Position numbers and translations under genes: made by a program
DNA from: Macrostomum lignano
Taxonomy: Eukaryota
Length of the DNA stretch: 64,000 nucleotides
NCBI GenBank assembly: GCA_002269645.1
Contig: NIVC01002802.1
Coordinates: 1 to 64,000 of the forward strand
Reading direction: 5' to 3'
The notes under the pieces: model-generated
Told to the model about the DNA's origin: nothing
Database searches by the model: none
What the model saw: only the letters and a program-made list of their open reading frames with translations
Shown here: one piece after another, positions 22,726 through 34,100 of the stretch
Layout: each line of letters begins with the position of its first letter
Numbering within the stretch: position 1 is the first letter of the stretch

Positions 22726-25234
22726 TCACGATGAGGCACTCAGGAAGCTGTGCCCTAGCAGCTCCGCGGTGTCCGCTCGCTTCCTCGGGTCATAGTCTAC
22801 GCACCTGAGGTAGAAGTCCTTCAGGCCGGCTGAGAACCCGTCCGCAATCCGAGGCATCGCCCGCCCTGCGCACCTCACGACGCCGATCCGGAACTGCTGA
22901 ACGTTCGCGTCAGGAGGCTGCATGGCCGTCAGCTCATACACGGTGCAGCCGAAGGCCCACATGTCGGTCTTGGCTGAGTACGGAATCGAGTCGCCCTCGC
23001 CCATGAACAGCTCGGGCGCCATGAAGTAGAGGGTGCCTTTGGGATCGATGCCTGTGCTCAGGTCGCTGGTGCCGACGATCTCCTTAGCGAGGCCGAAGTC
23101 GATCAGCTTGAAGACGCCCTCGTCGGTGAGCATTATATTTCCGCTTTTGATGTCACGGTGCAAGATGGCGCCCTGCGGCTGACAATGCAGAAAGTTCAGG
23201 CCTGAGCAGATCTGCAATTGGAGCAGCTTTAGCCTGTCTAAAAAGTGCATGTATCTATACTTGATCTCCTACTGATCCCACACTGATGCCATGCCTGATC
23301 CCACACTGATCCCACCCATGCCAGAGAACCTAGAGACGCACCTGTCTTGAGAAGTCCCTGACCCCGGACTCCTTGAACGGCTTGTTCTGACGCTGCATCA
23401 GCTCAAAGAGGCTGTGACCTGAGACCAGCTCGGTGAAGATGTACAGTCCATCCCAACTCTGCTCGCACTTGAGGAACTGCACAATGTTGGGATGCGAGAG
23501 TCGCTTGTGGATCTCAGCTCCCCGCTTTTCCATCTCGACGGCTTTCTGCAGCTTCCCCGATTGGCCGGTGCCGCTCAGGGGCAGCACCTTGACAGCCACC
23601 GTCTGATTTCGGTCTGTGACGACCTTGTACACCTTTCCGAATCCACCACGGCCAATGAGCTGCTTCTTGTTTTTGTGCAGGATGAAGTCCCAGTCGGTGA
23701 AGCTGGGGTCCAGCTGCTTCTTGGCGCTGAAAACATGAGGTGAAGGAATTCGATTAATTCTGTGTTCTTTGGGGCTTCCTGAGTACTTTGGAGCACTTTC
23801 GACTCTTCTGCGTTTGCCTGGTTAAGAGAGCAGCTGCTGACGGCGCCAACATAGCAAAGCCCCAACTGAAAAATCATTCCCAAGTGGTGGGAGAATTCGA
23901 GTCCAAGGGTATCAAGTTTTACCGTCACTTCCGGTTTTGCTAGTGTTTGCAAAACAAGAAGTAGCCAATAAGTGCCAACATCTCAACAGCATTCATTCAG
24001 TTTCGTACTGAAATCGGAGATTTGTGTTGAAGAATTTCAGGAAATGCTAAGAATAAAGAGGTTAAAGAAATGCCAAGAATTTCAGGGCGCCGATCATCAA
24101 AGCGCAATGACTTTTTGCCAAAATATTTTTTAGATTTTTAGTGTCCACGCAGCAGTTCTCAGTCAGGACTCACCCAGCTGAAATCCATACCCGCTTTGCT
24201 GACTGGTCTGTGCGGCACCAATCAGCCGGTGTTCTGCTAAACCTGTTCTTCAATCTGAACATTTCGGCTCCGATTTGGTCAAAAATGAACTGAAGAGAGT
24301 CGACTGGCTGCCACTGAGCCGCCAAATGGACAGCCGTGTCACCGTCTTTGTCAGGAACTGTGAGACAGTCGCTGCCGACCTCCTTTACCAGCCACTTCAG
24401 ATTTGAATTGTCAGACTTCTGAGCAGCAAAATGAAATGTTATTCTCTTCCACCCTCCTTTCAGTCGAAAGCAGTCAGTTCCAATCTGTCTCTTGATCCAC
24501 TCCAGCGACTCGATGCCCTGATGCAGAGCGGCCAAATGGACAGCCGTGTCACCGTCTTTGTCAGGAACTGTGAGACAGTCGCTGCCGAGCTCCTTCACCA
24601 GCCACTCCAGATTTGAATTGTCAGACTTCTGAGCAGCAAAGTGAAATGTTGTTGTATCACTCTCTCCCTTCAGCCGAAAGCAGTCAGTTCCGATCTGTCT
24701 CTTGATCCACTCCAGCGACTCGATGCCCTGATGCTGAGCGACCAAATGGACGGCCGTGTCACTGTATATATCAGGAACTGTGAGACAGTCGCTGCCGAGC
24801 TCCTTCACCAGCCACTTCAGACAAGAGTTGCTTTTTCTGTTCATAGCGGCAAAGTGAGCGACTGTCTCTCCCTTTCGATTGACAATTCTCATGCAGCCTC
24901 TGCCTCCCTTCTCTTTAACCAGCTTCATCCAAGATTCGTCCTGATGCTGGGCAGCTAAGTGCACTGGAGTCTCACCCCTACCATTTCTATATGTCAGACA
25001 ACCGGTTCCGAATCTGTCAATCAGCAGCTCCAGGCACGACAATCTCACCGGCTTGCAGGCCAGGTGATGGGCCAGCGGCATTTTGCGAAGCTCTTCAAAG
25101 GGAAAGTCTTGCTTGTCAAAGCCGCCCACCTCCAGCTCGATATTGCTGCCGACCTCACCGCACAGACGCTGCAGCTCCTCGCTGTCTCCAGCCTCCAGCG
25201 CCGCTCTCAGCTTCCGCTCCATCTGTGTTGCCAT
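22726..25234 (-). CDS. Ankyrin-repeat Ser/Thr protein kinase (8 ANK repeats plus STE/MAP3K-like kinase), about 643 aa
   Basis: Exons 25234-24174, 23726-23342 and 23211-22726, GT-AG, phases 2 and 0. Start in GCCATGG context (MATQMERK). Kinase motifs GRGGFGKV, VAVK, HRDIKSGN, DFG, GTLYFMAPE and DMWAFG are intact. ANK motifs include TPVHLAA and TAVHLAA. Confidence 0.9.
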
Positions 25235-25842
25235 GGCTACACTGCTTCTCCTAGCAGTGCTTCTCTGCCGATCTGCTGTCTGCCGCAGCTGTTCCACACG
25301 GCTTCAAACAGAGTGCTTTGCTCTTCTTCAAGCGAATTCGCCTGCCAGTCAGCAGCAGCAGCAAAAGTCCCGCTGTCACGGACTGAAATCTCTGAGCTCT
25401 CCCTGTGCAGAGAAATTTGTTTAAATGGACTGAGGCCGATTATCTTCTCTGACCCAGCGGCTGTGTTTGAGGCCTGATTGGGTGCCAGGGGGTCCGGCAG
25501 CTGCTCTGCTCAGCGGGGTGAGAGATGCAGGAGCAGTGGGATGCTGCGAGCTCTGCTGAGTTAAACAATGAGAGCTGACTGTGGCTGCGTGCTCGGCATA
25601 GCAAGTGCATTGTCAGAGGGCAGGGGTGAAGGGGCGGCAGCTGAGACACGAGGGGAGAGAGATGGAGAGGGGAGGGAGGGCAGGGCTGAGGCTTGGAAGC
25701 CAAGCAGAGCTCTGACGATTTTCAATTTAGGTACCAGCTGCATGGCAAATATTTTGAAGAAAAATGCTTTGGACTGATGATTTTTTTGTTGCTGAACTCA
25801 AATGGATGGAGAATAGCTGCTGGGTTTGCCAGTGACACATTA

Positions 25843-26370
25843 CATCAGTATCTCACAGGTGACATCAGTATCTAACAGGTGACATCAGTATCTAACAGGT
25901 GACATCAGTATCTAACAGGTGACATCAGTATCTAACAGATGACATCAGTATTTAACAGGTGACATCAGTATCTCACAGGTGACATCAGTATCTCACAGGT
26001 GACATCAGTATCTAACAGGTGACATCAGTATCCAACAGGAGACAACAGTATCTCACAGGTGACATCAGTAACTAACAGGTGACATCAGTATCTCACAGGT
26101 GACATTAGTATCTAACAGGTGACATCAGTAACTAACAGGTGACATCAGTATCTAACAGGTGACATCAGTAACTAACAGGTGACATCAGTATCTCACAGGT
26201 GACATCAGTATCTAACAGGTGACATCAGTATCTAACAGGTGACATCAGTATCTAACAGGTGACATCAGTATCTAACAGGTGACATCAGTATCTAACAGGT
26301 GACATCAGCATCTAACAGGTGACATCAGTATCTAACAGATGACATCAGTATCTAACAGGTGACATCAGTA
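25843..26370 (+). repeat. 20-bp minisatellite TGACATCAGTATCTAACAGG
   Basis: Read directly. Confidence 0.95.
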
Positions 26371-26933
26371 ATTTGACTTATACGCTCGTAGACTTTCTTC
26401 TACTAAGAGTAGCATCGGTGAGCTAGGCAGTAATTTTATTTCGGAGCGCGTATATATTTGTCTCAAAGCCTCTGAATAAAAAACTTTAAATGGCCACAAA
26501 ACTCTGTAGCATTAAGCATTCTCAGACAATATCAATCTCAGTCTATTTGTATTACAAGAATGGCAGAATTAAAAAACTAAATACATGCATTTAGTCATAA
26601 AAAGGAATTACACAAAAGTCTTTTCACTGAAATAAAAATCGCATTTTATGTTAACTGTACAAAATTAATTAACTTTGGTTATTTGATAATCAGACTTGAC
26701 ATTCATTGAAAAGTAAAACACGCGTTTTTAAAGCAGACAGACAGCAAACTTGAGAATACTGAGAATATAATAAAAATAACGACTCATGCATTCAACTTCA
26801 TTCTTAGAAATCAGCCTGCCAGAGTGCTGAAGGCAGAGTCAGCATTGCCGCTGCTGTCAAACGAGGATCTGACATTTAGTTGCTATGAAAATGACTGACA
26901 ATATGCTGTTTAGTAGCTGACATTATCTAATCT

Positions 26934-27657
26934 CTGAGCACACAGTACTGTACTGAATCACTCTGGCACACAGTACTGTACTGAATCACTCTGAACACAC
27001 AGTACTGTACTGAATCACTTTGAGCACACAGTACTGTACTCAATCACTCTGAGCACACAGTACTGTACTGAATCACTCTGAGCACACAGTACTGAATCAC
27101 TCTGAGCACACAGTACTGAATAACTCTGAGCACACAGTACTGTACTGAATCACTCTGAGCACACAGTACTGAATCACTCTGACCACACAGTACTGTACTG
27201 AATCACTCTGAGCACACAGTACTGAATCACTCTGAGCACACAGTACTGTACTGAATCACTCTGAGCACACAGTACTGAATCACTCTGAGCACACAGTATT
27301 GAATCACTCTGAGCACACAGTATTGAATCACTCTGAGCACACAGTACTGAATCACTCTGAGCACACAGTACTGTACTGAATCACTCTGAGCACACAGTAC
27401 TGAATCACTCTGAGCACACAGTATTGAATCACTCTGAGCACACAGTATTGAATCACTCTGAGCACACAGTACTGTACTGAATCACTCTGAGCACACAGTA
27501 CTGAATCACTCTGAGCACACAGTATTGAATCACTCTGAGCACACAGTACTGAATCACTCTGAGCACACAGTATTGAATCACTCTGAGCACACAGTATTGA
27601 ATCACTCTGAGCACACAGTACTGTACTGAATCACTCTGAGCACACAGTACTGTACTC
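26934..27657 (+). repeat. 24/29-bp minisatellite TGAGCACACAGTACT(GTACT)GAATCACTC
   Basis: Read directly; ends about 45 bp from the putative bestrophin stop. Confidence 0.95.
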
Positions 27658-27702
27658 AATCACCCTGAGCAGAACTGCTCAGCTCTAACAGGAGTCCAAG
27701 TC

Positions 27703-28128
27703 TCAAACTCCAGAAGTCAGAGGTTGGAGCGCAGGCGATGAGGGAGTTTTGCCGTTTCGAATGAGGCGCTTCATTCTGAGCTGACCGCCTGCGGCATCCG
27801 GGCTGGCCTCGCCGCTGCCGGAGCTGCCGCAGTGGAGGCAGCAGCCTGCGCGGAGCCGATGCCGCAGTGCCGGCTTCGCCAGAATTTCGTGCAGCCGCTC
27901 CTCCTGACTCGGCTCGCCCGCCTGCCGGAACTCGCTCTCTGCCGAGGCCAGGTAGTCGAACAGGCTGTCGGCTTCGCTGCCTGGTGATCGGCGAATCCAC
28001 TCCATGGAGGCCTCGCTGAGACCCTCGGGGAACTGGCTGGACGGAGCCTCGGAGCAGCGGGAGGAGATCTGAGTGAGAGTGGAGAGGCACCGGTGCAGCT
28101 GGGAGTTTCCGTTCCGGACTTCTGATTG
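27703..28128 (-). CDS. BEST: Probable terminal exon of bestrophin (QSEVRNGNSQLHRC...LTSGV*)
   Basis: Open, GC3-rich frame; acceptor GTTCCCATGCAG; phase 0 matches the donor at 30197. Confidence 0.5.
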   Translation of the reverse strand, partial: QSEVRNGNSQLHRCLSTLTQISSRCSEAPSSQFPEGLSEASMEWIRRSPGSEADSLFDYLASAESEFRQAGEPSQEERLHEILAKPALRHRLRAGCCLHCGSSGSGEASPDAAGGQLRMKRLIRNGKTPSSPALQPLTSGV

Positions 28129-31100
28129 CTGCATGGGAACACTTCTGATGCTGGGGACACTTCTGATGCTGGGGACACTTCTGATGCCTGGGGACACTTC
28201 TGATGGCTAGGGACACTTCTGATGGCTGGGGACACTTCTGATGGCTAGGGACACTTCTGATGGCTGGGGACACTTCTGATGGCTGGGGACACTTCTGATG
28301 GCTGGGGACACTTCTGATGGCTGGGGACACTTCTGATGCTGGGGACACTTCTGATGGCTGGGGACACTTCTGATGGCTAGGGACACTTCTGATGGCTGGG
28401 GACACTTCTGATGGCTGGGGACACTTCTGATGGCTGGGGACACTTCTGATGGCTGAGGACACTTCTGATTGCTGGGGACACTTCTGATGGCTGGGGACCC
28501 TTCTGATGGCTGGGGACACTTCTGATGGCTGGGGACACTTCTGATGGCTGGGGACACTTTTCTGATGGCTGGGGACACTTTTGATGGCTGGGGACACTTC
28601 TGATGGCTGGGGACACTTCTGATGGCTGAGGTCACTTCTGATGGCTGGGGACACTTCTGATGGCTGGGGACACTTCTGATGGCTGGGGACACTTTTCTGA
28701 TGGCTGGGGACACTTCTGATGGCTGGGGACACTTCTGATGGCTGGGGACACTTTTCTGATGCCTAGGGACACTTCTGATTGCTGCATGGGGACACTTCTG
28801 ATGCCTGGGGACACTTCTGATGGCTGGGGACACTTCTGATTGCTGGGGACACTTCTGATTGCTGGGGACACTTCTGATGCCTGGGGACACTTCTGATGGC
28901 TGGGGACACTTCTGATGGCTGGGGACACTTTTCTGATGGCTGGGGACACTTCTGATGGCTGGGGACACTTCTGATGGCTGGGGACACTTCTGATGGCTGG
29001 GGACACTTCTGATGGCTGAGGACACTTCTGATGGCTGGGGACACTTCTGATGGCTGGGGACACTTTTCTGATGGCTGGGGACACTTTTCTGATGGCTGGG
29101 GACACTTCTGATGGCTGGGGACACTTTTATGATGGCTGGGGACACTTCTGATGGCTGGGGACACTTCTGATGGCTGGGGAGACTTCTGATGGCTGGGGAC
29201 ACTTTTCTGATGGCTGGGGACACTTCTGATGCTGGGGACACTTTTCTGATGCCTAGGGACACTTCTGATTGCTGCATGGGAACACTTCTGATGCTGGGGA
29301 CACTTCTGATGGCTGAGGACACTTCTGATGGCTGGGGACACTTCTGATGGCTGGGGACACTTCTGATGGCTGGGGACACTTTTCTGATGGCTGGGGACAC
29401 TTCTGATGGCTGGGGACACTTCTGATGCTGGGGACACTTTTCTGATGCCTAGGGACACTTCTGATTGCTGCATGGGAACACTTCTGATGCTGGGGACACT
29501 TCTGATGGCTGAGGACACTTCTGATGGCTGGGGACACTTCTGATGGCTGGGGACACTTTTCTGATGGCTGGGGACACTTCTGATGCTGGGGACACTTTTC
29601 TGATGCCTAGGGACACTTTTCTGATGCCTAGGGACACTTCTGATTGCTGCATGGGAACACTTCTGATGCTGGGGACACTTCTGATGGCTGAGGACACTTC
29701 TGATGGCTGGGGACACTTCTGATGGCTGGGGACACTTTTCTGATGGCTGGGGACACTTCTGATGGCTGGGGACACTTCTGATGCTGGGGACACTTTTCTG
29801 ATGCCTAGGGACACTTCTGATTGCTGCATGGGAACACTTCTGATGCTGGGGACACTTCTGATGGCTGAGGACACTTCTGATGGCTGGGGACACTTCTGAT
29901 GGCTGGGGACACTTCTGATGGCTGGGGACACTTCTGATGGCTGAGGACACTTCTGATGGCTGGGGACACTTCTGGATAGTTGAAGACCAGCTGTTCCGAT
30001 GCCTGCGCATGCGGGACACAAGCTTGTGAACGGGTGCCCCGACTATCAATTGTTCTCGGACAGTCCAGTGCAGCATCCAGAGCCTCATCCAACATTACTC
30101 TTTGTGCTTGACTATTCAATCATGGTTATGTATGCAGACAACCTGCAGTAATAGGACAACTGAAGCTGTCCTAGAAATGGCTTCGCAGAAGTCTTACCTC
30201 CAAATTGTAATCCAGCATCTCCAGGGTGTGAAAGTCCTCATCATCGTCACCAAAGGGATTCATGACGCACATGGCTACCTTGAGCCAGCCCATCAGAAAA
30301 AGGAACTGAAAAATTATGAACGAACATCTGTGAGAAGCTTCTTCTAGAGTAACCCAATCGAAGGGAAATTAATGCTGACCTGAAACACGGTGAACACAGG
30401 AAAGTACATGTCAATAACTTCTCCATGATGATGTTCACTGCCAGTTGAAATGGGCAACACGGAGGTGTTGGTCAACCGGCCCAGCGCTTCAGCTGTCCAT
30501 TTCGGATTAACAAACTGCTGGCTGAATAGTTGCAGAAGAAAGTAGCTGTACACGGCTATGATCACCACCTGCAGTGGAATTGTTATTAAGCATTCTTGGA
30601 CCAATGTGTCTCACTGGCATTGTGTCTCATCAAGTATAACAAATGTCTCTACCTGAGTGTACACCAGGGGGATCATCACTTCATTGTAGATAACCAGAGT
30701 TTGCATCATTCCTCGAACATCTTCGATTTCTTCCATAAGTTTCACCATCGACCTTGGGGAAGGAAATCATTGGGGTGGTGGGGAGTCTTAAGTTGCCCTT
30801 GTGGGGAGTATCGATCAACTTGTACTGTGATGTCATTCGGTAGCTTCGATTTAATATCCTCAAGAATTTTCCGATCATAGACTGACATAGAGCTTATAGT
30901 GGGTTTAAGATCTTTAAAGTGGAAGTTTGCTCATTGTGTCCTAAAGTGCTTTGAAATTTCTTGAAATCCTGAAGTATCTCGAAGTGGTCTTGAAGTGTCT
31001 TTAAGTGTCTCGAAATGGTCTCGAAGTGTCTTGAAGTGTCCTGAAGTGTCCTAAAGTGTCTTTAAGAGTATTCAAGTGTCTTAAAGTGGTCTTAAAGTAT

Positions 31101-34100
31101 CTTAACGGGTCTCGAAGTGGTCTTTAAGTATCTTAAATTAAGTGTCGTGAGGTGTCTTGAAGTGGTCTTTAAGTATCTTAAATTAAGTGTCGTGAGGTGT
31201 CTTGAAGTGGTCTTAAATTTTTTTGAAGTATCATAAAGTGGTCTTTAGTGGTCTTGAAGTTTCTTGAAGTGCTTGAAGTGTCTTAAAGTGTCTTGGCGTG
31301 TTTAAGAGTCTTGAAGAGTCTTAAAGTGTCTCGAAGTGCTTGAAGTGTCTTAAAGCTGTGTCTTGAAGTGCCTTTATTGAAGAGCCTGCAATGATTTTAG
31401 CATGTCTTGTTGAAAGGCTACGAGGTTAAATAGTGTTCCGTAGTGCTATTCCAATTTACACAAAACCTCCGCAAACCTGGGGTCGCAGAAGCCGTGCACC
31501 ATGGCCTTCTTGCACAGCAGCACCGCCCACTGCAAAGGCAGCCAGTAGTCCGGCACGTAGGGTCTCCAGTACTTGCTGACGTACTCTGACTCGGCCCGCT
31601 CGAATGCTTGAATCTCCGTCTCGGTGACCAGCTTGGGAAAGTGCAGGCGCACTCGAGTGCAGCGATTGATGCTCTCCAGGAGGTAGCGAATTCCTTTTTG
31701 AGACTGGGTTGTGTTGGCAGGGTTTTGAGATTTTATAGTTCGCATTGGATTGATTTTGATTATCGAATACTGCAGTGCTATCTGTGATTGGTGACCCCCC
31801 GTTGTGTCTTTGATTAATTATAACCCTGCCTGTGATTGTTGACCACCCCTGTCTGTGATTAATTGGTGATGGTGACACTCCAGTATTTCAACCGTGTAGG
31901 ATCACACACACAGAGTTCATTTTTAGCAATTTTTGTTATAATGCTGATAACAGTTGTAAAATATTCTTATAAGCAAATAAAAAATCAAAATCAGTTAAAA
32001 ATGCTACACATTATAGCGAGATCACAGCATTAGATGCAGTATTTTTGTTATCACAGCAAACATTTTCTGATTAAGCAATTATTATAAAAAATGTGTCATG
32101 AAACCAAAATCAAAGCTTCAAACAATAATTTAATAAAAATATAAACAAAATTCACACCCTCGACTTTGAGTTGGCGCGCAACTGAGCAGCCATTTGATTC
32201 GTTCCGGCCAGTCTGTCCATCACATAGCGAATTCGAGTGAGCAGTCCTTCACCAGCCTGTTTTGTTGTCAGACAATCAATTAAAATAAATTAAAGTGTTT
32301 TGATGACAGCTTATAGTTCTATAGCTAACTAATTGCAATTTTGTTTGGCTAGTTTCAGATATTTAACAGCTGTAATAAAATTTTAACTAATTGTTATTAT
32401 TTATTTTATTATTTATTATTTATAATTTATTATAATAAATTATAATAATTATAAAAAAATAATATAATTATAATTATAATTAATATAATTAATTATAAAA
32501 AATATAATATAAAATATAAAATATAATTTTTATAATTTTTATATAAAATATAAAAATTATAAAAAATAAAAAATAAAAATAAATTTATTATTTAATTAAT
32601 ACAATTGAAATATTTACTCACTTGAACCAAAACAATGTATAAAATTCTATTAATTAATTAAAAAAATTGGTTAATTAGATTACTTTGTTAATCGTTTCAA
32701 TAAGAAAAATTAATTAATTGTCACTTTAAAAAAACAAAATAGTACATGTACAAAACGCTTAACAATAAATTGAATAACAAATAATACCTAGAAAAAACAT
32801 TGTTCAAATAAAAGTAAAATAACGCAGATTAATTATCATTAAATAATGTTTCTTTGCATTTTTGTTTCCTCACTTATAATTCATTGACATTTAGCTAGCT
32901 AGGTTTACAAGTTTGCATTTGACTGCAGTGTAGTTTTGGGGCAGTGAAAGTCTAAGTCTGGCTTCTTTCAGAACTTCCATAGTTTGGATAGATTTTTCGG
33001 TCGAAACCATATGTAGCTACAGTGTAACAAGCACTATACAAAAGATCGATGAGCTACTCGCTTTATTAAATTATACTACTTCATAAGCATCCATTTCGCG
33101 TTTTTCGTATAAATTCAAGCATCAACTTGAAATTTGTGGCATTAGCTAATAGCTAGTCAACCAAAATCTGATTATTTCGTTTCATTGATTTTAAACATTT
33201 GACTATGGTCGAAGCCGAAAAATCTTATCGATACACGCAAATAGAAAGATCGTAGTTTATTTCTTTTAATTTGTTTTATTTGCAGTTGGTGAAGTTCATA
33301 TTGTGCTTAAACCATTTTTTCTATCTTATCCATATACTAAAAATGGTCTGTCGTAATTAGCTAAATCTGTTCAAAAAACAATTTTTAGGTTTAAGTATGA
33401 AACAACAGACGAAGCCTTGCATGATGAAGCTGTGTGCATGCCAAGAGATTAGTGAAATTAGTTTCGTTTCATCCAGAAGCCATGCACAGCTATAGCCATG
33501 CATTTAAACAGCTGAAATTGACAACGAATTTCGAGCTGTGATTGAATCAATTCAGCTCAGCTCGTTGACGACTGATGTAAAAAAAGCGTAGCTACGAGTA
33601 GCCATGTGTGCATCTTCTGTCGACAGTTTTCTCTTTCATTTCATCAGTCGATCTTTTGCGTGGATCGTATAGCTACACACATGTATAAGCCTTTTTGTGC
33701 AGTACAGATATAGTCATCATCATTGCTAATCTCGTGACGCACGGCAGGGCGGGCTTGTATTGTTGAGAGCGATCTTGCATGCTCTGAGCAGCCCGTCGAA
33801 GTCTTTTCTGCTCCGACCGCTCCCCACCCCTCTGCCTTACCTTGGCCTCTCATTATCTGCTGCTGGGCAGCAGTGCAGCATCTAGGGGTGTTGTTGCGTT
33901 CCAATTACTGCTGCAAGCAACTATCAATTATTCTTTTTTGTCAGAATTGCAACTTCAGTCGACTGTGCATGGGACTTGGCAATTAAAGTGACAGTGTGAG
34001 CTTGTCTCTCCCCATAGCTAATAACTTCTTTTTCGTGAGACACCTCATGATGAGAAACTGCTGCGGAATTAACATCTAACTCCCCGTTAAGTCGAATAAG

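Noticed and set aside
32390-32600. Extremely AT-rich island
   Set aside because: Low-complexity intronic sequence without termini or structure.
33841-33920. Strong - strand donor CAAG|GTAAGG in bestrophin intron 2
   Set aside because: Every nearby acceptor gives a length not divisible by 3 (16, 19, 22, 41, 67, 70, 80); it could be a UTR or poison exon but is unsupported.
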